Of a DNA stretch of 64,000 bases, positions 39,601-52,640 are shown piece after piece (the stretch's first letter is position 1; the number at the start of each line of letters is the position of its first letter). Both the position numbers and the translations under genes were made by a program. Below the pieces are notes generated by a model. That model did no database searches. It was not told the origin of the DNA and was given only the letters and a program-made list of their open reading frames with translations. Origin of the DNA: Tubiluchus corallicola (Eukaryota > Animalia > Priapulida); assembly GCA_030141605.1 (NCBI GenBank), contig JAQGDQ010000648.1, positions 55,469 through 119,468 of the forward strand, written 5' to 3'.

Positions 39601-42095
39601 ATGCGGGCTTTTGAAATTCAAGACCCATGTAATCACTCTGCTATATTTACTTAACTCTTTCCCAGGCGTCTTTATCTTAGTTCCCAGTCTAATGTATTGA
39701 CACAAGATCTACGGTTAAATTCAGCATTTTTCACATCTTCAGCACGAAGGAGGAAAACTTGTTTTAAATAAACATTGCAGCATCTTTCAAAGCTCTTTGT
39801 GTTGAATGACTTTGAAGGAACGTTAATGTTTACACTGTCAGATATTTCTTCTAAAACTTGAGCTTTATTGTACATACTACTTCAAGACAACTTTTCTGAA
39901 ATTATGACACACTCACGTCGTAATAATATGTCGAAGTAAAGATATTGGAAAATTGAGATGTTTGTGATGTGGGCTAAGTTGAAGCTGGCACATTCACAAA
40001 GGCAAAGGCTGAAGATGAGTCACTGAACTGCGAGAGGAGTCTCAGCCATGTTCGTGTGTGAAACGTCCTCTCTTTGCAGTGCAAACAACCAGGATCAGCA
40101 GCACAGCAAATGAAACCGTCACAATGAGTATCCAAGTCTCACCAATCGTGCAAGGCATGAATCCGCCTGCAATTCATTTATGAAAATGTGTTTAATGGTA
40201 TTACAGCTTTATAGACATCTATACTCTTTGCGCAGACATCAGTTTTGCATGTTACATCATTATAATATAATCGTTAAAAGCAATAATTAGTAGCAGTAAC
40301 TAGTAGCAATGATCAATGAGACAATAGCTGTGCCAAAAATGTTTTTAAAATATCAAACATTTGAAAAATCGCAACTCGTATTTGTGTAAACTGTTTATCG
40401 TGGGAGTTTCAAGGTTGGTCGTTACCCATAATTTCTCACGCTGCCAAAATTATTATGAAATCTGTTGAATAAATTTGAAAAGAGAGATTATTGAACTGTT
40501 GCTTGATCGCAGACAATTTGTTTTACGGATCAAAATTCTCCTTTGTGTGTTGAGGACGTGACGGTATAAACTGCATCTCAGCTTAATACTTGACAAAATT
40601 TCAATTGTTGAAGATTAAAGCCTTTGTTTGCTTTGCGTGACTCGCTTCTCGGGTAAATACTTCTCGAGATTTCACTTATTGTTAAATTCCTAGCGGGGTT
40701 GCTGATGATTAAAATTTTACTTTGGGTGTAGAATATTTACAGATCAGATTAATTTCACAAGAAATTTAATCTTTCAGAGAGTGCGTTTATACAGCGCCAT
40801 TGTTCAAATTTCTGATGAAACTCCTAGGTAACATTTACTTTATGAACAACAACTGATTGTTTCTATTAAGATTTAAACAACAAAGCGCTGCATTAGGCAA
40901 ACTGATTAAAGTGCAACAAAACTATTAAAATTAACACAATTATAGAAATAAAGAAACTTGATGAGTAAAGGCTGTCAAGAGTTTCTCCTGTATAGGAGAT
41001 GCCGAGCTACGTAACATGTTTACAGTATTGTTTAGTTTTCGGTCCCTCCACAAAATGCTTTTAGGTGAATGGACGGCTGGTGACAATAGATCATTGGCGT
41101 CTTGGCCATTTCATGTCAATTGTGCCACGTTGTGTCTTTCTATAGAATTTCTTTATTTCTTTGACGTCACTTTGTTTGTCTTGTTTCTTAAGAACTTTTC
41201 CAGTTTGTTTAAGCGCTTATAAAGTATTTGAACCGCGAGCTACAGACAAAGCTCACGTCCTAGATATAAGAGTTTCTAAAATAAGTGATTCTAATTTCTA
41301 ATAATTTAAGTCTGAGAAATAATTCTGATTGCTTTGTAGCCGCCTAACAAAGAGATGCATGAAATTTTATAATAAGCTGCTGTGATTATAGTTGTCTGCA
41401 AACATCTTAAAGCCGACATTGAATACTAAAATAAACAGAGCTGCCAGACAGCTGCATTTTCCCGGATTAAATTAAGAACTGATTACTCAAGATTCCATGA
41501 GAAAAGATTTAGCTGTTGGTTAGAATTCTCCTAGTTTTGGTTTGTCTACAGTTTAAAAAGATATGTAGAGTATTACTATAAAAGCATTGAGTCGTTATAA
41601 ACAAGAACAATTTTGGTGGTGGTGGAGGTTGAGCGACATCATCTTAATTATCAACATCATTACCACTATCAGCAGCAGGAGCAGCAGCAACAACAGCAAC
41701 AACAACAACAACGAGAGTACAGCAGAGCTGCAGCGACAAGGTCAAGAGTAATGAAAAAACCGTTGTTGTGAGAAAAGATTATTTTAAAAAACACAAAAGT
41801 TCACTCAATAATTAGAAAGTTGCAAAATTGTTATTGCATTAATTGGAACATCAGTGTTTATTTTGGTGAGCATTTCAAGGCTGGTCATTTCCCAGTAGTT
41901 CTCACGCTGCTAAGTTTATTTTGAAACTTGCTGAACCACTAAAAAAATGACGTTATCATTGTCAGTCAATATTAAGTTCTAGACAGAATTGCGAGGGATT
42001 AAAATCTTCCTTTCTTGTAAGGCATCATCTGTGTGTCAGCACAGTACTTCAAAAGCAAAGGACCCGCGAAATATTTTGTGCTGTAGCCTCATCCG

Positions 42096-42128
<33 letters not shown>

Positions 42129-42179
42129 ATATAACTTTAATTCACTATCACCTGGGGGATATATATATCTCCGAAAAAC

Positions 42180-43390
42180 TAACAACAATAACCCAGACAA
42201 CACCACGCCAACTTGAATCACCAATCTCAATACGCCACACCACCCACACCATACCACCTTTACATTAGCGCACTGCACCACACAACATACCCCACTCACC
42301 ACACCACCCACACCACACCACACATCCACACACCACCCCACTCACACCACACCACCCACACAACTCCAACGCACTGCACCACTCACAGCATACCACCCAC
42401 ACCACACCACACATCCATCCACCACCCCACTCACACCACACCACCCACACCGCTCCAATACACTGCTCCACTCACAGCATACCACCCACACCACACCACT
42501 CAGACCATACTACACCACACCCACGACACTACTCCAACAAACTTCATGCACACCTTACCACCCCACCACACCATCCACAGCACAACACCCATAACACGCC
42601 ACCACCACCACATCACATGGTGATCATGATGTTGAAGGCGATGATGATGATGATGGCGGCAACAATGACGACACCTAAAGCACCAACAGCACAGCATGAC
42701 AAGAAAACCATTCCAAATATTTTCCTCAAAGTCAAAACTGTGTGTTATAATAAATGCTCTTAGTCTGTTTACCAATAATCAATAATGTGTGGACATTCCA
42801 CATAGTTTTGTGTCCTGCTTCCCAGATGATAATAGGCTAACAGATCTTACATGTATATCTATGACACTGTAGAACGACGGGTGACAACAATGCCTGGAAC
42901 AGCCGCGAAATTTCTCAAAGTAAAAGACAATGGATGTTCCAAATAGCGTGCAGCACAGAGGGTAGAAAAAGAACTTCGAAGTACACGCCTTCCGCTTCGT
43001 CCAATATACATCTCTCCTAGGGAAACCACCAGTACTTTGTAGACCGTTTCGTCCTCTTTCTGTTTATGTGCTTATTTTCTCCCTGTTTGGGCGTCCCGCA
43101 AAATGAGTAGTGGGTATTGTTGTCCCTCCCGCGAAATCTAAATATGACTATTATACCCGTCGTTGAACACTAGACCACCCATACCTTACCACAACACCAC
43201 ACCAGCCACACAACACACCACACCCACCACACCACACCATCCACACCACATCACACCACCCCCATCACACTACACCAACCTGCCACATCACTCACAATAC
43301 AACAACCACACCAACCCTCCACACCACTCACTATACACCAGCCACACCACACCACAGCACCCACACCACACTACACCAACATCCCATAAA
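42180..43390 (-). mobile_element. Helitron-like CAC family, two adjacent partial copies
   Basis: CAC tract plus conserved core (aaagtcaaaactgtgtgttataataaatgctcttagtctg..atgcctggaacagccgcgaaattt). A second CAC tract starts at ~43170. A 5'-end fragment plus (TA)n lies at 42080-42130. Confidence 0.7.
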
Positions 43391-43865
43391 ACGAATTACT
43401 ATGAAGAAAGTGCTTCACTTACTTCCGATGGTATCTTTTCCCTTTGCTTCTATTGTTTCTATTGAAATCGAAGATGCGCCCTAATCAAATCTTCCTGTAA
43501 AATCAGACACATCTAAGCGCCCAAAAAGAAAGGCTGTATATTTTCTCCTTCCTCTTTCCTTATTAAGATGCTAAATTGTTACTTTCCTTATACTTACTTT
43601 GTATACAAAGTGTGCGCCTGCTTATAAACCTGGAAAACCTATAGAAATGTTAGTTAAGTTATTGTTTGACAGAACCTGTATAGCAGACGAAGTAGCTGAC
43701 AAATCGCAAAAATGCTGTACAAACTTTATCCTAAACACAAAGTGTTAGACTAGTAGCCATTGTTGTATGTCATTGATGAAAATACTTACTTACACTTGGA
43801 CATGCAGTTAGAACTGTACTACAATTACTGCGACTAGTAATTTTAAATCAAACATTTTATAAAGA

Positions 43866-44960
43866 TTGACATGCTTAATTCATGGCGTTAGTGGCAAATT
43901 TTTGACTATACTTAGAAATATGTTTTCTAAGTGTAATCATGCAGTCAAGCTGCCTGAAGGAATTAAAGAAGGTTTCTCATCTAACTTTGGTTTAAAACAA
44001 GGTTGGGTACTTCGTCCAGTTTTATTTTCCAGTTTTGTTAACGATCTACCAAGTGCCTATACGTTAGATTACGACCCTGTTAAATTAGCTAATGAGAAAT
44101 TTAAATGTTTATTATATGCAAATAATATTTTACTCGTCTCTAATAGTGAAACCGGTTTACGTATGTGTTTAGACAAACTCGCTTCTTATAAATGGGCTCT
44201 AAGTGTTAACTTAACCAAAACTAAATTAATTATCTTTAATAAATCAAGCAAAATCTTAAAGGACGAACTCATTTATTTTAACGCCAAATTAATCGAAAAA
44301 AGTCAAAAATATAAATGTATAAATACATTAGCATTGATTTCCGAGCATCATCAGAACAGTATACTCATGCTGAACAATAGGGAAACTCTTACAATATGAA
44401 TGTGCCGATTGATTGATCTCCCTTGTTGAGTCCATTATCACACATGGAGCCCCACTGCCTTTAATACTGAAAATTCATTTTTTCGTGACACTCTCGGAGC
44501 AGATTTTGACAGATTAAAAAGTGAATTTGTTCAGTTAAAATTTTGTAAACAGATATTACGAGCAGAAATGGGTATATACCCAACTAGATTTACCCAATTT
44601 AGATGGCTACATATACTGGAAAGACCCTGCAGTAGTCTAATTTACAATGCATATATAAACGGTAAACAAAAAGATTACGAAAACGTGTATAACTGGGTCT
44701 CGTTCATTAGGAATATTTTGTACAAACTTGGGTTTGAGCAAACTTGGATTAATGAAGGTACATTAAGTGCTCGCAGATTGTTTTATTGCATTAATAAGAA
44801 GGATTTATAGAGACAACCATGATGACAGGGTAACAAACTTCGAACTTATAGGCTCTTCAAAGAAGGGAAACGTTGTTTATGAAAATATTTTAAAAATATT
44901 GCCTCTTTTTGCAGTTATGCCTGTAAGTGAACAGTTAATTTGTATTAATGGCCTAAGAGA
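43866..44960 (+). mobile_element. Non-LTR retrotransposon reverse transcriptase relic (C-terminal RT and downstream region)
   Basis: GLKQGWVLRPVLFSSFVNDL, CLLYANNILL (decayed YADD), WALSVNLTKTK, RAEMGIYP, NWVSFIRNIL and KLRTYRLFK, broken by frameshifts. Confidence 0.9.
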
Positions 44961-45099
44961 TGAGAACCCTAGTAACAAACTTTATATACGACAGTATTAA
45001 AAAAAGGAAAGAGAAAGAGGATGGCACATAACTTTAATTTGAACAAGCAGCCTAAAAAATGTATTCTCATCATCATTGTTTTTATGTGATATCATTGAC

Positions 45100-46042
45100 A
45101 CCACCTGCAACAAACAAATCCCACCACACTACACAAAACCCCTATCACCCCCACCAGATTATTTACACCACATCACAAACACCACACCACTCAGACCACA
45201 CTACACCACACCCACCACACCACACAACACCCACCACATTACATGATGATCATGATGCTGAAGGCAATGATGATGATGACGGCGGCAACAATGACGACAC
45301 GTACAGCAGCAACAACAGCACAGCATCACAACAAAACCATTTCAAATATTTTCCACAAAGTCAAAACTGTGTGTTATAATAAATGCTCTTAGTCTGCTTC
45401 CCAGATGATAATAGGCTAACAGATCTTACTTACATGTATATCTATGACACTGTAGAACGACGGGTGACAACAATGCCTGGAACAGCCGCGAAATTTCACA
45501 GACTCAAAGACAATGGATGTTCCAAATAGCGTGCAGCACAGAGGGTAAAAAAATTACTTCGAAATACACCCCTCACGTTTCGTTCAGTATACATCTCTCT
45601 CAACAAAACCTTCAACATTTTGTAGACCGTTTAGTCTTCTTTCTGTGGGGGCGCTTTTTTTCCCAACATGCCCAACTTGCACAAATTGAATTTTTCTAGA
45701 CACTGTTTGAGCAGTTTTCTGCAAACTTTGCGTTTTGGGATCCGAAAAAACGCCCGTCACGGGGCACCGAGGCACTCCCCCGAATTCTTTGACAATGTCA
45801 CCCACCGTTGAACGCACTATTAAACCATTACTGGCACTGTTCCTGTTCTCTACCAATAAGAGGCATAAGTTTTGAAAAAAAACGGCCGAAAAATGGCAAT
45901 TTTGGAGGTTTTTCGCCCCCCGCTTCTCACGGTGGGACAGAGTCAAAAAATAAAACCCCAATTGTAGATCTGTTGGTCAGGACCTTTAGTTTGATGTATA
46001 GAACGTCGAGAATGGTACTGTCATTGGAGCTGTGGCCTCGCC

Positions 46043-46082
<40 letters not shown>
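45100..46082 (-). mobile_element. Helitron-like CAC family copy with (TA)n-bordered 5' end
   Basis: Full core ending in ggagctgtggcctcgccgtt(ta)n on the plus strand. Confidence 0.7.
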
Positions 46083-46085
<3 letters not shown>

Positions 46086-46104
46086 ACCAAAATTAATACA
46101 TAGA

Positions 46105-46575
46105 CTAGCGAAACCCCGCAAAAAGAATATAGCACATAATTCAAGACACAATCACACAACCCACACCACACCACTCCACCAGCACCACACACACCACATC
46201 ATCAATACCACACAACACCATCCAGACCACACTAAACCACGCCCATCAAACCACCCACTCCATTCCACCAACACATCCCACACACCCTTCCACCTCATCA
46301 CACCATCCATAGCACACCACCACCACCACCACCACACTGCACAACTCACACAACATCGCATGGTGATTATGTTGTTGATGATGATAATGATGGTGGCAAC
46401 GATGACGACTGCTATTGCACCAGCACTTACAGCACAACATCAAAACAAAACCATTCCAAACATTTTCCACAAAGTCGAAACTGTGTGCTACAATAAATGC
46501 TTTTAGTCTGTTTAGCAACGATCAATAATGCGCGGACATTTCATATAGTTTGTTTGCTGCTTCTCAGAAGATAAT
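46105..46575 (-). mobile_element. Helitron-like CAC family, 3' part with CTAG terminus, head-to-tail with the preceding copy
   Basis: a|ctagcgaaaccccgcaaaaa at 46104-46125, then the CAC tract and core. Confidence 0.7.
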
Positions 46576-47239
46576 AAGCTAACAGAACTTATTTTTATTT
46601 ATGCAGCGTTCTACCTGACGAGAATCTGCTGATTACTTCGCAGCAGCAGAACAGTCTTATTTTTGTTTTGTAACAATTTGTTGTAGCTAAACAAGGTTTT
46701 GCAAACTCTTCCCGGCAAAAAAATAATGAGAGTAGGATGTATGACTTGCAGTAGAAGACAGAACAAAAACTTAAAGAGTGAAAAAACTTTGCTAAAAGAT
46801 TTTTATTAAAAAATTCTTCAAGATTATTTGGGAACATTTTTGATAGCAAATTTCTAGCATGCAAAAATTTTGGGCGCAAAAGTTTTCTACTAGGGAACAC
46901 AGAAAGTATCGAGACATATTGCACAGCAGCTAGTAAAGTTAGCATCGCCCTAGCTGCAGAGCATTAGGGACTATTGTTGACAGGTTAGCTACTACCCAAG
47001 CAGCTGTTCGCGCACGGGTGTGTAGCAGAAGAGATAGCTTCACCAAAACCAGGCCCATCGAGGACGCTCATTACAGTAGTGAATTGCAAAAACACAAATA
47101 GAAACTGTGAGATATCTTTTTTTATATTATCCGATGACGCCGCTAAGTAATTATGTCAACATTTTAAGATTCCTGTGTGAATTAACCACCAGGAAAAAAT
47201 GCCTGTGAAAGGGTTAAGATATAATTCTCTGAAAATACA

Positions 47240-47660
47240 CTATTTTTTTAACTTCTATTCAATTTTCTGATGGCAGTTATCGGGTCATGATCTGTAGTAG
47301 CAATTACAGGTACAGAAGCTGATATGATGGTTGACTCAGCATTCGTATAAATTAGAGTGAACGTGCACTGGCTACTCTCGTTGGAGCATAAACTACTTGC
47401 TTGAATATTAAACTGAAAGATTCCTAAATTGCAGACCACAATCTGCAGTCATTAGCTTCCTTTCAAGGACTTATATCTGTGTTCACATCTCCCATAAAGA
47501 ACACGTCATTGCCCTCCGCATAAATTCACTCCATAATCTCCTCAAATCTATTAAATTAGTTAACATTTGAACTAGGTGGACGTTATATAAATCCAACTAA
47601 AAATGGTGCTGATCTTGGAAACCGGACTTCTATCCACATGACTTCAATTTCTGCCAATCT
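47240..47660 (-). mobile_element. LINE (CR1/L2-type) apurinic endonuclease fragment
   Basis: Minus strand EVMWIEVRFPRSAPFLVGFI*RPPSS, FFMGDVN, PTRV and DHDP are the APE motifs YRPP, GDxN, PTR and SDH in order. Confidence 0.8.
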
Positions 47661-48189
47661 ATTTCTATTTGCAAATCTGGTTTTTCAGGCTTGTCTAATT
47701 TGTGCACATCATATACTCCCAAAAAGCACAAATGGGTCTCCCATAATTTTCTTTAGCGGTTTTTTTTGCTTCTTTAACTTCAAAAGAGAAAAAACTGAAG
47801 CAAGCCATAAATAAGGCCACCCACCATCTACTTAAGAGTCAGACGCAGAAATCTTGAACCTAATAACTACAATATTCAAACACCATGTACTAAAATAGAC
47901 AGAAATGACAGTTTTGGACACTTTCCCAATTGATAAACAAAGAATCAAAGAATAAGCTTTTTAGCAAACACAGCTAAACAAAATGCATAAAGTGCAAAAA
48001 GTGTTTTTGTGTTTAAAGCAGAACGGCAATTGTTTCTTCACCTTCCAAGTTCAATTGTTATATAACTCGCAGTTTTGTAAAAAATACAGTTTTATTACTA
48101 TTTAATAGATAAAAAATAGTTGTGAAATATGGTCTAAACTCCAGATTTTCATTAAACTTCAAATGTCCAAATAATATAGTCTTTGTTTT

Positions 48190-48963
48190 TTATAATATTT
48201 TGCAACCATTGAATCCCAATGTATCCTCTAGGATACAGGCTATATTTATAACGCAGACACAGTAAGAAAAATGACATTTGGAGAGTTCGAGGATGGCATT
48301 TTCAAGCTTTCGGTTCTGCAAAAAACCGTTAATCACTGTTGATACGAGGGTGAAAATCATCCACATGTCACCCCCCTCGTTTCATCAGAAGCATTTGCTT
48401 TTGCGGTCTCCGAGTGTAGCATTTTCCGCCCAATCTGGTTTGTATCGGCTTCAAATCGAAACGCTACACGAACCAAGCCCTGCCGATGATGTTTACTGCT
48501 CTATTCGTACAATTAGTAGATAGTTGGCCATGGTTTTGGCTGCCCGGATTGCTCTGCCTCGTCCGTTGCTCTGCCATCGTATGGCCTATGGTGGTCATTA
48601 ATTTTGTAGATCCTCTGAGCATATTACTACGCGATTTTTTGGTAGATGTTTTTTGACGAATCTGTACATCTCGAGTCCCTTGACATAGACGATAGTGTTT
48701 CTGCTAGTTTGTCGTAGAATGCCGTCTAACTCTGAATAGTCCAACATTCCCTCCTCCCACCAGGCGCCGCGTATGTGTTTACTCTGATAGTTGTAAGTGA
48801 ATCGCTTGTAGTGGGGATGTCGATGCCATGGGTGAGGCGGTTTGAAGCTGTAACTGTGATATATGCCAGTTTGTATTTCGTGAATTATAAAATTTTTGAC
48901 TTGGTATTCTTCTTCCACGTGCTGGAAGGCATCAATGGTTGGAGCAATGTCCGATTCATTCAT
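48190..48963 (-). pseudogene. Polinton/Maverick- or virus-associated exonuclease-like gene, disrupted
   Basis: IDAFQ..VKNFIIH..HSYSFKPPHPW..W.EG.LDY..L..IL..IVYVKGLE resembles, from memory, a family with D.xGF..KE..FKPP..W..HGL.W..G...Y..YVKG.EK. A Cys-containing tail (CILEDTL../IQWLQN) lies at ~48190-48290. Confidence 0.6.
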
Positions 48964-49530
48964 CTGTGGCAATCGGTTCGCAGACTATGACGATATTCTT
49001 CTGATTGTTTTCGAAGAGCAACGACTTGACTTTCTCAAAGGCTTATTTCTGTGGCACTCTATTGCCGCTGTTGCTGTTGCCACCAATCTTGTACGGATGG
49101 ATACGTTTGCCTCTGTGTGCAGGTTCCTACAGTCGTGGATGTTGTTGTTGATGTTGTTGCAGTTTGGGCGGAGCAGGCGAAATTTGGAAATCCTGCAAGA
49201 GAAAAAAACATGTGACTTTTAGGTACTGGAAAATTTTTTCAACTTTTTAGGAGCAGATGCCAGAATGAAGGAAACCACAGGCGGGGGCAAAGGGGGTGGA
49301 GCAAACATGTCGGCTATGCCCTCATCTTCTTCTTTAGCCAGTTGTATTTTCAATCTTTTCTCTCCAATTCTTGTTTGCCGTTCTCACCGTAGCATTGTTG
49401 CTGCTGTTGCTGCTGCTGTTGTTGTTGTTGTTGTTGTTGTTGTTGATGATGTTGCCAGGGGTGTTGGTGGTGGCATCGCTAGTGGCGGTGGTGGTGGTGG
49501 TGGTGCTACTATGGTCGCCATTGTATCTTC
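48956..49530 (-). pseudogene. Decayed Pro/Gln/Thr-rich gene upstream of, and overlapping, the exonuclease-like ORF
   Basis: Acceptor-like tttttctcttgcag precedes 49192, then DFQISPAPPKLQQ..RGKRIHPYK..IVIVCEPIATDE* with two in-frame stops. An upstream Pro-rich frame reads ERQTRIGEKRLKIQLAKEEDEGIADMFAPPPLPPP. Confidence 0.4.
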
Positions 49531-49559
49531 GCTTTATATCTTCGCTATTCAACTCTTTG

Positions 49560-49698
<139 letters not shown>

Positions 49699-49744
49699 AG
49701 CTTTTTATTTATCTTGCAACACACGCACAGTTATAATACAATTA

Positions 49745-52640
49745 ATTTGCCCATGAGCTATCATGTGCGACGTTGCTTCCATGCATGCATTGCTACATTC
49801 ACTGCTCTAGCATGTGTGAGAGTGCACCTCGTCTCTACCGTGTACTACATAGACCCACATGTTTAGGTAAAACATTTGCACCAGCCATGTACACTAGCCA
49901 TGATAACAACAACAAAACACTGGGAATAGAGCTTTGTTAACAAAGCACAGGTGTGTTCTATTATTTTTGTTGGAAGTTTATGCTTGTAATAATATAGCGC
50001 CCTGGGAGACATGCAATAAGATGTTTTGTTAAGATTGAAAGGAATGTCTTTTTAGATTTGAAAGCTTTTCAAAGTGTTTGTATAGCAAACATTGTGGTAA
50101 AAGCTTTTCAAAGTGTTTGTATAGCAAACATTGGGGTAAAAGCTTTTCTTGTGATAATAAAGGGCGAGACAGCTTAATAATAATTGCTGTTTGGCTAAAA
50201 TGAAGAAAACTTTAAGTGCTCAGGAACGTTAACAAAAGACTCTTTAGTCTTTACATTCTGTTTTATTCAAGTTCTCTTATTGATTTTGAGCATTGTTAAA
50301 CTGCTGGAAGTGGCTCGGAAGTAAATAAAATATTTTCCCACATTTTAACATCTTGTGCAATTTACCCTCACCTGAACACCTGGGAATGATCACAGGGAAT
50401 AGTTAAGTAAGAAAAATTGAATGAACCGAATGCCCTATAACTGAGAAGGATTTTGGAACATTTTTGGTTTTCCAATGAAAAATTTACATTTTGCCAAATC
50501 TGCTGATACTGTAACTTATGAAACTGTGTTAACCTGATATTACTGAAAATGCTGGGGGTGGGATAAGTTTGTGTAAATTATATCAGCATCATTTCAAATC
50601 CTGTCTGCCATTGTTTTAAAAGGATTAATAGTTTCCTGTAAACTTACATTGAACAAAAATATTTTTCCATGTTATTACATTCCTGAGCAAATTAGCCACT
50701 CAAGAACTGCTACCCCTGAGAAAAGAAAGAGCTTTCAAATCCTAGGCCCATAAATATTCGTCAGAACTTCTTAGCAAACAAATATTTTGCTAACCTGTAT
50801 CATACTAATACAGACACATTTTTGTATGTTTGCTTGCTTATCTTTGTGTTAGTTTAGAATTGTCCAGCTCTGGCAGAGATCTGTTTCCTATGAGCGCATT
50901 CTAGTTTTATAATAGAAATCAACTGCATCCATGTAACATTATGTGCCAATTTTCCCGTGCCATTTTTATCTGCACCGTTTTTGTTGTACAGAGTTGCTGC
51001 TATTGTGGCTGTTATTGTCATTGTCATTGCTGCTTTTGATGTTGCTGCTGCTGTTGTTATTATTGTAAAACAAAAACAAGGTCATTCTAAGTGTGACAAT
51101 GTTGTAGATATAATCCATGTACTCAAATTTGTGACATAACTTTCTTACATATGTTCAGGCATTTTTTGTTACATGGTGGTTATTGACAGTAAAAAATGAA
51201 CAATGAGAGGGCAGGAAAAACTGCTCTCACTAAGCAGCGATTACGTTATATTGTAGCTGTTACATTAGTTGAAATTTTGTACAGTAGATGGCTCAGTGGT
51301 ATTACCCTAAGCTATTCAGCCAATTGGAGCATCTGCCATTGCTAGACACGCATGCTGTCAATCACTCTTACCGATGAGGTGTCATGTGCATCGTTGCTTC
51401 CATGCTCGCATCGCTACACTCACTGCTCCTCTGCCACACTCACTCAACGTCTCTGCCACGCTCAACACATGCTGTCTGTTTGGGCAAAACTTTTTCACCT
51501 TCCATTTACAATAGCCAAATATAAATGTCAAGAAATTAATAATAATAGTAATAATAGCGATAATGATAACAGCAACAAAATCACTTTGAAAATGACAATG
51601 ATAATAATACCAGAAACAAACAATGAATAACATTTTAAAGTGAAAATGTTGGAATGTAGTCTGCACTTTTGAACAACGAAATAGGCCCTTAGACTGCTGT
51701 ATGCCACTGAATTTTGTCTTGGTCAAGGCAATCCAAAGTCATGATAATATTATACTACACATTACAATAATATGCATAAATAAAAGTGCAGGTTTAGATG
51801 GCAATACCATCTTTTGATAGAGCATAGCATGACAATAAAAGATACGTTGACCCAATATAGACATCCAATAGCATTGTTTATAAGACGTAATAGAAGTTAG
51901 TGTTTTCTTTCAATAAGATTAGTCTGTCACTTTCAGTATTTCAAGAACTTTATATTAGTTCAAATGATCACTGTTAGTTGTGTTCTAAAACCTCCAATTA
52001 CTTTTGGCGACAATTATTTTTGCAGACAATTTTCAAGGACAAAGGAACAGGTGTTATACTGAATTTCCTCTATCATTGAGAAACCATGTAATATGAGAGA
52101 TAAGCATTTTTGGAGCAGCCACCCATCCATTTAGTTGTAAGGTCCTGTAGTGCATAGCTTTTATTGCTAGATACTCTTCACACCACCTCTCAAGCTAATC
52201 CTTAACTTTCAAAAATAGTTCTGTCTGAGTGCACTGGGAATAAATAGGTGTGCTATTATTTTTGTTGGATGTTAATGCTTGTCATAAAATATCCCACTGG
52301 GAGACAGGGAATCTGATATTTTGTTTTAATTGAAAAGACAACTTTCAATATATTTATAAAGCAAACACAGAGAGAAGAACTCGTTTTTGTTCTTATGATA
52401 CTAAAAGGGTGGTACTGCGTAATAATGACTGTTGTTTAGACGGAGCAAGTTTTAAAGAAGTGCTTTGTCATTTGAATGAATTCAAATTCTGTTATTGATT
52501 TTAAGCATGGATGGATGAATTGACTCGTGTATTGTGAAGCAAAGAAAAATATTTTCCGACACTTAAGATTCTTATTCAAATTAAAGAAACTTGAACACCT
52601 GGCCAGGAAAATATGCCAAGGAAAAGCTTATAGAAAAATT
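49745..52640 (+). repeat. Family A copies (modules a and b, plus the block shared with 4860-6065)
   Basis: Same module sequences as the other copies, with an internal ~40-bp duplication at 50060-50150 and a more diverged module b at 52100-52640. Confidence 0.85.
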
